Part shown: positions 52,282-64,000 of the stretch, one piece after another
Layout: each line of letters starts with the position of its first letter
Position numbering within the stretch: the stretch's first letter is position 1
Origin: Phoronis australis
Lineage: Eukaryota; Animalia; Phoronida
Length of the DNA stretch: 64,000 nucleotides
Assembly: GCA_002633005.1 (NCBI GenBank)
Contig: NMRA01000180.1
Coordinates: 495,955 to 559,954 of the forward strand
Reading direction: 5' to 3'
The notes under the pieces: generated by a model
What the model saw: the letters and a program-made list of their open reading frames with translations, nothing else
Databases searched by the model: none
Told to the model about the DNA's origin: nothing
Made by a program: the position numbers and the translations under genes

Positions 52282-55200
52282 CTGAGAGACAAATGAGAAC
52301 CATGTGTCTTAAAGTTTATTTTTAGTAGCAACAAAACAAAGGACTACTATTGGGAGTTTCTGATAATAAGTCCAAGGGTGTATATTTGGAAAATTGTACT
52401 CGTTTGGCTTTCTTTAATAAGCAATGTGTACAATTCCACAAAAGAGGGGATAGGAACAGAAAATTTCAACAAACTATGGCATTACATAATGTTTTGTACA
52501 AGCCTAAAAATGAGCACATCATTGGGAGTGAAAATAAACAAAACCTACCCCTAATTAAAACACCGGTTATGAGGATAGACCTGTGTATAACAAAAGCACA
52601 ACATATTTGCACCTGCGTTTCAAAGTTGGATACATGTTTGTTTTAAGATCCATGCATAGATCTGAAATATTTACACGCAGACAAAAAATTGATACAGAAG
52701 CATATTTGCTCTACCTCACAGGGTTGTACTAACTCCCTCTATTGTCTGACTTAGGGGTCATGATCTCAACCTCAACTGACCTTTTGTTTCTGCTCCAACA
52801 TCCTGTCAATATCCCCATCCAGTGTGTCAGCTGAACTCTCCAGCTGTTGACAGTTGACTTGTTTCTCCTCCAGCTGTACGCTCAGTTCCTTCTGATCCTG
52901 ACGCATCTCTTGTATCTCACTGTCGGCGGTGTTGGCATCCTGCCAAGTAACATGATGAGAAAATGAAGGCACTGATTCATCAATTTGAATGACTTTAAAC
53001 AAATGTGAAAGGCATTCGAGTGATGTCATGTTCCGAATGTCCACAATCACAAAATTTTGGGAGTACTTATGTACAGAAATCCTTTCTAATTTGCATAAAT
53101 TGAGCCCGGTTTTACAATTGGTCTAAATCAAAGCTAGTTTATCAAAAAAGGCAAATATTATCTTAGAGAGGAAAGGGTATCGACACTGAAGCTGGCATAC
53201 ATGTGTATTATGACTTTGAAACTGAAAACATATTAAGAGATTGGCAGGGGGACTGTGAAAATGTGGAAGGTTGTCATTTATAAACTGCAGAGCACATTTC
53301 AATAACTTCCCTAAATCTCACTAGAACAGCTTTCTTAATGAGATCTAACAAATGTAAATTTAAAAAACGGCTGATAGCTGAAACTGATGCTCAAAAGCAA
53401 TTTCCCCATGCCTTGAAAACAAAAACGAAAAACTTTAATTATACAATTGATGCAGTATGCAAATAAGAAATATTAGACACCTCATTAAAGACTTAAGTGC
53501 AAAAGATGAACTTTACGAACAAGTTAAAGTAATGTATTGTGCATTACTTAGGTAATATGACAATTACCTTTGGACATCCTGTGTTGCCTATCAGGAAGTG
53601 TCGAATGTTTTAATTAAATTGTGATCCTCACAAAAATTCCAGTCACGAAATTCAGCAAGTTAATACTTGTTGCTTCACATGGTTATATTGTAGTCAGAAT
53701 GGAGCTAACAGAACTAGTTTTGGCTAATAAACCACTTCATTCTCCATTAGCCATTTGGCTGCCGAGGTGGCACCCAAAAGAACGCTATAGCTCAATCCCA
53801 TTGACATTTAAGTATACCGCGTGTTGTAATTGTATAACACACCTGTATAGTTTGTTTGATTTTCTTTCTCAAGTCCATCAGCTGTCGCTGGAACGTTCCC
53901 TTGGTTACGGTTTTCTTTTGCTGTTTCATCACAGCATCACCCCGCGTCACAATTGTGTCACGCCTGCAAAGACAGAACAATTTCCAATGACGATGTTGTA
54001 TACAGACAAAACAAACACCCCTTAAGAACAAAACACAGTTCCCAATTGACAACTATCTGTCATGGAATGTATTAATCAAATGATGTCAAGTTTGTGAGCG
54101 TTCATTATTTTTAAGAGGCATAACAGAGAAAAGTCAAGTACACAACAGTGCACCATCGAAACCTAAGCGTGACGCATGGTGAGGTCAACTTCAGCTCTTG
54201 AAACTGGTGTGACTTCGTTTATTACTTTAAGTTTCAGTCACAATCCTTTCAAATTTAACCTCTGACCTCTTACCTGGACACTGCCTTCTCCATGTCTTGT
54301 ATCATCTTCTCCTGCTGTTTCATCAGTTGACCATAGCGCACCGTCATACGATGGATCTCTGCCTTCATGGCGCGTATCTCACCTTGGCCAACATCCGAGT
54401 CCACAGCGGCACGCGTCTCCTGGGCCAGTTGAATCTTTTTCTCCCATAACATGATCTGGCGTCTGCAGAAGAAGTAACAAAAAAATAACAGTAATGGTAA
54501 ATAATACCAATAATGTGCTAAGATCTAATACCTACTGGCACTTTTAGCTCTTCTGAACATCAATTTCTGTTCACGGTCGATTCCCCATAAAATTTTGCAC
54601 ACTATGATCTACGGCTGAAAGAATTCTGTCTCAGAATTTTCACTGTTAATTCCTGAAGTTTGCACAATAGAAATACAATCCATCAAAATGAAAACCTATG
54701 ATGGTGTTTCATAAAGATACTTTAATGGCTCACATCTCTGAGTGTAAAACAAAAATTGTGTATTGTCATTAAAAGATACCAAACCCAGTATTGGCCTATT
54801 AACAATCTTCCTGATTTCTGTTTGTTAACAGTCTGCCACTTACTCAGCCTCCACCAGACTGTTCAGCAGTCTCTCCTTTTCTTCCTTAAGAGATTCTAAA
54901 TGTCCCTGTGTCTCAATAGATTCACGTTCTGCCTCCTGTAAAAAGACAAGTATCGAACAGCTTAGTCTTGATATCGACATCAGTTGCAGAGTATAATTTA
55001 CACCAAATGAAAATTTAGAAATTCTAAAGAAAGTGCACTCAAAAAATCACTAAATTGTGAGTTTTTTAGAATTCACCATGGACGCAACTTGGATAAAATG
55101 CTCGTACATTTTTTAATTAAATCCTCCATCAGTTTTTGAAAACAAATTTAGGACAAGACCGACTTAATCGTGTGTGAAACTAGGCTTTCGAGCAAATGAA

Positions 55201-58200
55201 TGACACACAAAATTCTGAGATTCTCAAATTGATTGATTTCCCAGAGCTAAAATTTTCAGAACAATTGGTGTTACACTGATTTATACTCTAAAATGGGATG
55301 TTCACAATGAAAGCCCCTTCTTGAAGAAGTTTATCCCACAGTTATCACCAATCTTATCTACAGTGCCAACATTCAACCAAGGGCTCACCAATAATGCTCG
55401 TCACCCACAAGAGAAAGCAAGAGTCAGACTATGTGTTCCGCTTAACTGAAATACATGGGGGCATTATGGAGACCTGGGCACTTTACCTAAGCACATAAAA
55501 CATAAACCTTTGATTCATACACCCTAGAAACAGCAACTGACGAGTCACGTACCCTCAGCGCTCCAATGAAGTCATTCTCCATTAGGATATTGCCCCTTTC
55601 GAGATCCTCTCGCACATTAGTCTCTTTATGGAACAGCTGATTCAGTTTCAACATGTCATTCTGAATCAGCCGCACGTTTCGCTCAATGTCTCCAGTCTCC
55701 TTCTTCTGCTGTTCAATTTCATCTGCAAAAACACAAGAATATGATAAGTACTTTTAAGATTTCATGCAGAACATGTTTAGGAATCTACAATGTAAGCAGG
55801 TAATTAGATATTTAAGATAGAGTTTTGATTGGGTCATTGTGTACGCAGTACAAGCCAACCTATTGTGGGGCTAAAGTCAAACTTTACCGTAAATTTACAA
55901 GTCTAGACTAAGTATCACATTTTTTGCTATATGTTAAAAACTGAAACCTTTCTGTCATTGTGATCTGTTTTTAGCAGCCTCATTGTTGTATAACTTATCT
56001 ACTCAAGCATTTAAATATGCTTTGCAATTTTGTAGATGTTGCGAGAAATTACAGATTATTCAATAGTTTTAACAGTACAACATAAATCATTATTATATAA
56101 TGAGTTATAATTCAATCCTCTGATTAGCTAAAACGTGGTATGATAACTTGAGTAATGAGGTAAAATTGATTGCCTAAACTGTGGAACATCACTAGCTTTC
56201 CTGACGCCAGATGTCACTATTCAAGATCTGACCATTGGGAAATAGACAACTGTAACCATAGATCCCAGACAACAAAGCGAGCAGATGATATCAGTACAAA
56301 GTCAACTAAATTTCTAAATTTCTAATAAAAGACAAAAAATGAGAGGAATGAAGCATCATTGTTCAGGTAATAAAACAAAATTATAAGACTAATCCTTAGG
56401 GCATATGAGGTCACATGGACCACCAGAGAGCAAATGACCTATTACTCTTGGAATTGGAACCACTAGTACAATGTTTCCAAACTATATCTTTATCAAATAA
56501 TTAGGAAACATTTAGACAACTGCTCCTTCAATGTATCTCATTTTGAAACAGGAATGATAAAGCAGTACAGCATTATAATTTATTGCTTTAGACCTTGAGT
56601 CAAAAAACTAAAAAATAGAATTCATTTTTGCTTGGACATGAAATCAAATTTTTTGTTGATCTTTTGACTACAAGACATTTGTTTGGATACTTTTACAAAG
56701 TCACACATGTTCATATCACATGACCTAGTACATTACACGCTCTAATCGGGGCAGAAACCATTCTGTATAGAAGTCTACTCCATACACACAAAGTAACAGA
56801 GTTGGTATTAATCATCCATGTAACAAAAAATATTTGTTTGAAAACTCCAGGACTCAAACAACAGGTCAACTTACACTCAATCCTAAGCTTCTTCTGAGAC
56901 CGTATAGTCAACTGTTTCTTGAGGCTGTCCACATCCTTGCTCTGTTGATCTTTGTTCTTGCTCAGCTGGACTAGTTCACTCTGGTTACGTAGCCACATCT
57001 GCTGCAGGTCAGCAATATCCTGCATCTGAGCCTCGATGGACTTGAGCAACGAGTTGATGGTGATCTCCAGGGGACCCAACTCCACACCCTGAAGGGAAAT
57101 GAAACGTTAGTTTTTAAAATCATTTACAAATATCATTAAAATTCGTCTAGTTTGATCATAGTCACGGCGAAGATCTAGAAAGGAACCACATGAAAAAAAA
57201 CAAACAATTTGAAAATGACCAGAAATTTTTTTGCCCCGAACTTTTGTTGATGTTCAATGTGATTTGTCGACGTTTTTTGAAAAACTAGGGTAATTGATAG
57301 CCCAAGTTCTTTGTAATGGGAAATTTTATTGATCAACGACTCTTACTGACCAACACATAAAGCTAATAATGTGAAAGTTTACTTAACTTATTATTTCAGG
57401 GTCCAGGGTCTCATCGTTTTACTTGAGATCAAACTTGAAATTATTTTAGGCATTTTCTATTCTTCTTTTGTGCAAATTCAAGATAATTCTATGCTAGAAT
57501 ACATATTGGCTTTGGCAGACAACTATCTAAAATAATCCTAGTTTGCACCTACTGACCCCATCATCGAGGTTAAAATTTTGAGTCTGCACTTGAAATTTCC
57601 AGTTTTTACTTGAAATCTAAAGTTTTTACTCAAACATTTAGCTGGGGGTCAACAAATGCAAACTTTGATTAAAAACACATTTGCACAAACTAACATACAC
57701 TAATCTCCAGTCCGCACAAAAATAGAACGGAAAATGTCAAAAATTATTTTGAGTTCCGTTTTGAGTAGAAACATTAGATTCTGGCCCCAGGACAGCACCT
57801 AGTTTTCAACTTTAGCGAGTAGAAAATTTTCTTGTCAAAGAAAATGATGGAATGGGATGACTAGCTGGTACGTCAGGTGTATTAAGTGTTTTGGATGCAG
57901 CCAGGGTGAGGAGTGAAAGTTTAACTGTTACTCACACCAGCTGCTTGAATCATCTGCTCCAGCTTCTTATTGTACTGGTCGATGACTCCTTGCTTCCGCT
58001 CGATCACAGCGTTACGCTTCACAATCTCTCTCTCGCTACGGTCGATGATTTCGTTCTTCTTCTGGATGTCTGTGTCTAAGCCTTTGATGATGGACTGCAG
58101 TTGCTCTATGCGTGTCCTTGTGTTGGAGATCTCCAAACTGTCCCGTGCAATGGCATTCTCCACCTGAGCTTGTTGAGCTTCCTGTGAACAGCAAACAAAA

Positions 58201-61200
58201 TGAGCGGTTATACAAACTGGATGTTAATAAATAAAACAAACTATAGGGGTTTTTATATTTTGTACACAAAGAGATCAAAGCATAAGTTCTTTCAAAAACT
58301 TCAGTTAGAAAATATACATATTTTGCCATTAGTTTCAAGTAACGTCAATTTTTTAATTATGAGTTCTGCCTCTAAACAGCTGAAATTTGAAAATGATTGT
58401 TTTTCACTCAAACAGATTTCCTTTCAGATGATGGCAACAATATTCCAGGATTTAATCCTATACTGTAAGCAAGTACTCCAATCTGAAGCTTCACAATGTT
58501 AATCTAGTCATCTAGCCAAGATTCGATAGTCAAATGTTAAAAAATGTTATGATAAATCCATTTTAAAATATAAGGCAGCATTTCAGCACATACAACCTCT
58601 CAAAGCAAATCCTTCTTCTTCATGTCGAAGTCCAACATTGGAGAAGTGGTAATGACATGATCAAAGATCTGTGATAATGTTATACGAGGGAATATGGAAC
58701 AATACCTCTTCAAGACATAGAATCAAAACCGTGACCACATGAGGTTTAACATTAATAAGACCATCGATCAACAACATTGTCTCACCAGTGCTTTTGTCCT
58801 GTCTCTCAGCTTGCCTGTCAACTTCTCTGTGTATTGGGCCGCTTTGTCCAGAGTCAGCTGACCTCTGATCTTTTCCATAATTTCATCTTCTAGTTTCACC
58901 TTTTCTTGGTATTCTCGTTCAATTTGCTTACGCAGGGCGTCGACCTCATTGGTTCGCAGTGTTTTGTCCTATGAAAAATAAAGACATCAAGTCATTATGA
59001 AACAAAATATTATGACTTAAGATAACTAATTGTTTGAGCATCGTCAAGTGCCTTTAAACATTTTAAAATTTAAATGCAAAAGAGAAGACATCCTGCCTGC
59101 ATTTCAGGCAGAGAGATGTGCTGAACACATTGAGCTGTCCTTTTCTCATTAATCGCAATGCAATCCTTACAAAACCAAGTCTAATTGCATTTTGTTTCCA
59201 GTTGACGAGAGCCAAGAGATGCATGTGCTTGTCACAATGTAGCATGTGATTAGCGCAATGAATCAATTCTGTACACTACAACCATGAACACGTGCGGTAA
59301 ATGAAAAAAGATTTGTGTTCGTAAGAACAGAACAGCACATGAGAAATAATCGCAGCTCATAAAAAAGAAGCGCATTCACGAGAAAATAACACTGTTTGTG
59401 AGAACATTTTAGCAGTAGGAAGATTGTCTCCCATGTGCCTGTTGATTCTGAGGAAAAAGTAGCAGAATGTAAAAGACCATGCGGAAAACTCAATCCTGAT
59501 GTTTCAAAAAAATGACACAAGACAGCTTATTCTATAATCTAAACACGACGGCTCTGACAAAATTTTGCAAGAAAATTCAATTAAATGTGCTGAAGTTACC
59601 CCAACACAACAGAACGGCAGCTGATGTTGCACCACAGAAGGGGTCATAAAACTCACCAGTTCATGATTCTTACAACCAAAAAGCGCATAATTGTGATATC
59701 ATTTCAGTTTGCAAACATGACTGGTTAGCTCAAGAGAAACACTGAATTCAGTGGGCCATTGTGTTCACATAAGGAAACTTCCAGGCTCAGGTCTGTTATA
59801 AAGTGCTTAAGCTGAGACTACCCACCGTCAGTGCTCTATTAAGCGCTGCCTCAGTTTCGTGCAACATGCGTGTGTAGGTTGCGTACTCCGACTTGAGAGC
59901 ATCGTGCTTGGTGATGCACTGTGCCAACAGTTTCTTAACTGTAGCAATGTCCATCTCAGTTTTGTTGAGGATGAGGGTCAACTTCTCATTCTGTTCCTGC
60001 TCTTTGGTGATTGACCTTTTGTAACCTTCAATCTCCGTGTCGAGAGAGAGGATTTTCTGCTGTTGCTGACTGAAAATGAAGAACAAATTTAACTTTTTGA
60101 AGTGTACATTCTGACAATTACAAAAAGTTGAACTCACACTGCAAAACAAATTAGTACACATACAAAGTTACAGAATGTCCCTGTATGACAACTATATGAA
60201 CTTTTCATAAACTTTTGCAGACAACAATATAATTCTTATGTGACAACTCTTTGACAGGTAGCACACAACAGCAAGAAAAAAGTTCATTTGTCTTATACAG
60301 ATGTTTGTATGAAAGTAATCACAGATTTTTTTGGCAAAACGTAAATTTTAAAAGTTATCGCAAATAATGAATATAAGAACAATGTATTTGGTGTTTTTAT
60401 TAATAGAAAAAAATGTTATTTCGCACATTAAATTTTAACGTAAGCAGAGTGAGAATTGACCTACAATAAAGAAAGTCAACACTTATTAAAAATTTGTTTT
60501 TAAGTTTAAACTCATTGCTTTATATGTTATGTGCATAATACTGGATGACGATTTAACAAGTAGCATACTTCAACAACAAGACAGCAGAACTCTCACAATT
60601 TGACTATGTACTTTTAGAGTAAAATTATATCTACTCATGTCCGTCCAATATCCAAACGAACAAAGTTTCTGTCAGAAGCATCAATTGTAGCCACAAAAAA
60701 CAGCACACTTGTTTGAGTAAGCCTTTTTGAGAGTCATGACAGTAGCAATCATTCAAATTATGGTTGAGAGGACTTCTCTCGCAGCAAACTCAATAAAATT
60801 ATGTCAGACTGTGATTATGATTGGATAAATTGTATTGGAAAACCAGAAAGAAAATGGGGTTAACTTAATTCACGAAACCTGAGACCGTAAATTTAAATCT
60901 GAAAAATGTTTTACTTTTAGTAAATGGAAAAGCAATAATGTTGTCCCCCACAGGATGTGCTTCATTACATGTCATCAGAGGTAGACGCTACTACCACCAT
61001 GGACACCAATGAATGTAACAAGCAAAAGGTACTCACTTCAAAGCTTCTTGCATGGCTGCGTGCGCTTCGTCCCGCCTCCTCATGCCAATCAAACTGCTGT
61101 TCCATTGATTGAACAGTTGCTTTTTCTCCACAGTGATGCCCTATTTGGTAAACCCAAGAATTGTGATCAGTGGTTTTTAACTTAATTAACATGCCATCAA

Positions 61201-63348
61201 GAGCAAAACTGGCCTGGATTGCGCTCCATAAACACAAGACACTTGCCAGACATTTGTGGATAGAAATCTTCACTTATGAAAGGAAACCGTGAATTTTCTC
61301 CCATAATTCAACATTCCACAGCCTCACCAACCAATTACAACAGTGGCGGCCATTTTTCTAGTGTACAAGAGTAAGTCCCTCTGGTGGTAATGTACAGTAC
61401 TAATACTATGTCTTACCTCAATTTCCATCCTTGCTTCATTCAGTGCATCCTTGGCATTCCTTGTCTCTTCTTCTTGAGCCGTGATCTGAGCGTTGAACAT
61501 GGAGATCTCTTCTTTCAGCTTGTCAACTCTCTCCACAAGTCGGTCCACGAACAGGTCCTACATAAAAATGAAATTATTGATGAAAAAAGTAAAATACTCC
61601 ATGTTCAATAAAAGCAAAATGGTGCCTTTTGGTCTTCTGAATAGAAATACATTACGGACATTTTGCGGCAATATTTGCTGTCCAATTTAGTGTGTGTGCA
61701 AACTGAGATTCTAAACAGTGTGGAGCACCTTAAAGTGCCAATATACTCGTGCTTTCCTTAAACAAAAGTTTCAATTTAGGCCACTTACCATAATGAAATT
61801 AGTCTCAAATTGTTCCTAAGTCATGTTTAAAATAAGTGTGATTTTAGGGCTTGGCATATCACTACTTCTTCTGATGAAGATCATAAAATTTGAAAAGCTT
61901 GACATGAAGAAATAATGAAATGTCAGTTCTATCAGAGTCCAAAGATTATTTCTAAATTGAATAAGGAACTACCCAACACCAATTTTATGACACAGTAAGT
62001 GGCCTAAATCAAAACAATAAACTTTTGAGAGAAAGCACAAGTTTAATGCCACTTTAAGTGAAGTATCAATGTTCCTTAAGTAACTGTAGTAATGCAAATT
62101 ACTTCTCATGATTCACGTCACAAATTTCACAGAATTTTCCCACAACTGAGCATATATTTATTACAAACTGTACACATGAGCAAATGGAACTAAATGAATA
62201 CACCAATCTCTTTAATTTTTACACAAAAGAATTGGTTCCCTTGTCAAAAATTGAGAATTTACAAATTTTCAAAGGCTGATTAAAATGTAAAACTTTTTAA
62301 ACAAGTCTTATTGAAAGCATACAGACTTTCCTTCCAACATCAGCATTATCTCAATATTCATTTGCTTCGACAAAATAAAATAGCACTCATCTATTACATA
62401 GCTGGCAAAACTGAAAAGCATTTACCTAACGCAGTACCTCCATTTACGTATGCGTACCTGTTTCTGTTTGTCCTCTTCAGCCTTGGCCACCTCGGTATCT
62501 GCCTTCTCCGCAGCCCGCCTCATGACCGCGATGTCTGACCTGACGTCTTCCTTAGCATTACCCATGTAGAACAACCTCAAGGCCAGGTTCTCAACCTCAC
62601 TCTGAAGGTCACTTGCTGTTAACAGAAAGGAACAGGTTTAATACTAGAAGAACATGATATCAGTGTCAACAAAGTCCTGGCAATATATGTCACCAAAACA
62701 GGGATCCCCTGTTCCTGGATCATGTTTCTACATGAGGTACTGTTCATAGGCAGAGAGTGAGAAACTATGTAAGGTCAGGGAACAACTGAAGGGCAGGGGG
62801 AACAAATATCATTTTTCAGTTGATAATAGTGTGATGTTATAACCATTGCCTCATAAACTCATCAGGCTGTGACTATATGCTTTTAATTCAGTATCCTAGG
62901 CTGTGACAGCGTGTTTACAAGAAATGCAGTCATGTGAATTCCATGACAGTCAGTGCCATCCTAGTGAAGCAATGGGTGAGCAATAAAAATAGGGTTGTGA
63001 ATTTCATGAATGGGAACTTCCACGGTACATTACATGACAAAAGGAATGAGACAAAATACCACCTCCCATCATGACGTCTATTTCTGTTTATAGCGAAAAT
63101 GACAAGCAATTACGTAACTATTTACCTAGACTAAGTGTAAAATTGCCATAGCATAACCACACACTATTGAGTTTACCCGCCTCCATGCTGTAATCACTAC
63201 TCACACTTTTTCTTTTCAACGTTGGCTGTTTCCTGTGTCTTCCTATAGAAGTCCCTTACTTCATTCAGCTCTTGCTCCGTACGCTGACGGTCATGGTTCA
63301 CCTGCGAGAATTCATCGTGGTTCTGCTCAAGAATCATCTGGTGACGAG
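52051..63348 (-). CDS. CCDC40: Coiled-coil domain-containing protein 40 (axonemal 96-nm ruler, partner of CCDC39); last 14 exons, 5' part outside the window
   Basis: Exons 63348-63205, 62615-62458, 61557-61417, 61140-61037, 60069-59826, 58968-58786, 58181-57936, 57088-56875, 55722-55553, 54935-54844, 54462-54274, 53963-53843, 52939-52781, 52281-52051 are all GT-AG and phase-consistent (about 797 aa). The peptides [65 protein letters not shown] and VKDGRY match CCDC40 as I remember it. Confidence 0.95.
52781..52939 (-). CDS. CCDC40: CCDC40 exon
   Basis: [53 protein letters not shown]. Confidence 0.9.
53843..53963 (-). CDS. CCDC40: CCDC40 exon
   Basis: [40 protein letters not shown]. Confidence 0.9.
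54274..54462 (-). CDS. CCDC40: CCDC40 exon
   Basis: [62 protein letters not shown]. Confidence 0.92.
54844..54935 (-). CDS. CCDC40: CCDC40 exon
   Basis: [30 protein letters not shown]. Confidence 0.9.
55553..55722 (-). CDS. CCDC40: CCDC40 exon
   Basis: [29 protein letters not shown]...ENDFIGALR. Confidence 0.9.
56875..57088 (-). CDS. CCDC40: CCDC40 exon
   Basis: [18 protein letters not shown]...WLRNQSELV...QKKLRIE. Confidence 0.9.
57936..58181 (-). CDS. CCDC40: CCDC40 exon
   Basis: [18 protein letters not shown]...[23 protein letters not shown]. Confidence 0.9.
58786..58968 (-). CDS. CCDC40: CCDC40 exon
   Basis: [61 protein letters not shown]. Confidence 0.9.
59826..60069 (-). CDS. CCDC40: CCDC40 exon
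   Basis: [30 protein letters not shown]...[11 protein letters not shown]. Confidence 0.9.
61037..61140 (-). CDS. CCDC40: CCDC40 exon
   Basis: [34 protein letters not shown]. Confidence 0.9.
61417..61557 (-). CDS. CCDC40: CCDC40 exon
   Basis: [47 protein letters not shown]. Confidence 0.9.
61734..62053. mobile_element. TTAA-flanked non-autonomous element (Kolobok-like termini) in a CCDC40 intron
   Basis: TTAA|AGTGCCA...TGCCACT|TTAA; inverted blocks GTGCTTTC/GAAAGCAC and ATTTAGGCCACTTAC/GTAAGTGGCCTAAAT. Confidence 0.75.
62458..62615 (-). CDS. CCDC40: CCDC40 exon
   Basis: [52 protein letters not shown]. Confidence 0.9.
63205..63348 (-). CDS. CCDC40: CCDC40 exon
   Basis: [47 protein letters not shown]; GTGAGT donor. 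Confidence 0.9.
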
Positions 63349-64000
63349 CTGTAATATGGTAACATGGTCACATCAAACACACAGAAACACACCTACGTTT
63401 TGTGTTAGTATCGGTTTCACTCTTATCTTGACTAAGATGTACTGGGACTTTGTACTGATATCCAACATAGGTCCCACACACATTGGCTTCCATTTTCCAT
63501 GATATCTCCAAAATAGCATCGTCATCTTCCTCGAGTTAATTTTCGAGACGAAGGAAAACCTAATGAGTAATTTTGACTACCTCTGTCTAATATTTTTTCT
63601 GAAGCCTCTTCTTAAACATCTTCTATGAGTTATGACCATTGTCCATCTTCCATGAATTTATTTTTGTTACTTTATGGGTTTTCTGTGATGAATGGTATCC
63701 ATGGAAACATGGAGTAACTTTGCAAAACATTAATTAAAAAGCAAAAAGGTGCACGTGCATGTCGTTTTTTTAAAACAATTAGTTTGAATACTCAATTTTC
63801 CTAGTTAATACAGCCCAAACCCAAAGTACAGAAGTTATCAAGAACTCAATAACCCCACCCCACAAGACTCAATACTCCCACCCCACTTAACTTTGATACA
63901 CCCACTGCACACGACTTGATATCCCCACCATATAAGAGTCAATAATCCACAAGACTCGTACCCAATTCCTGCTGCAAGCCATACAGCTCCACACCAAGGT

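Overview
AT-rich (roughly 35-37% GC by eye) eukaryotic, most likely invertebrate animal, genomic scaffold with two N-gaps (15084-15868, 20747-21489). The supplied ORF track is mostly noise because the genes are spliced. By reading GT-AG boundaries and checking codon phase by hand I reconstructed three genes. (1) + strand, 2074-8855: the 3' end (4 exons) of a coiled-coil protein with a degenerate UBAN-like segment and a C-terminal CCHC zinc finger (NEMO/optineurin/TNIP architecture). (2) - strand, 31029-14502: a complete 15-coding-exon, about 547-aa, 12-TM MFS transporter. It has an SLC45/sucrose-transporter-type SDRxxSxxGRRRP motif, looks like the bacterial/fungal subfamily, and carries a roughly 85-aa glycosylated loop insertion. 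It probably has a distant first exon near 47.5 kb. (3) - strand, 63348-52051: the last 14 exons of CCDC40, the axonemal 96-nm ruler protein. Introns and intergenic DNA hold many non-autonomous DNA transposons (hAT-, Tc1/mariner-, Harbinger- and TTAA/Kolobok-type), a decayed two-gene Kolobok-like element (THAP transposase plus KolX/P2X7-ballast-like relics), a 314-bp palindrome, tandem repeats and tRNA-like SINE heads. No rRNA, intact tRNA or CRISPR array was seen. Family assignments come from remembered motifs; no searches were run.
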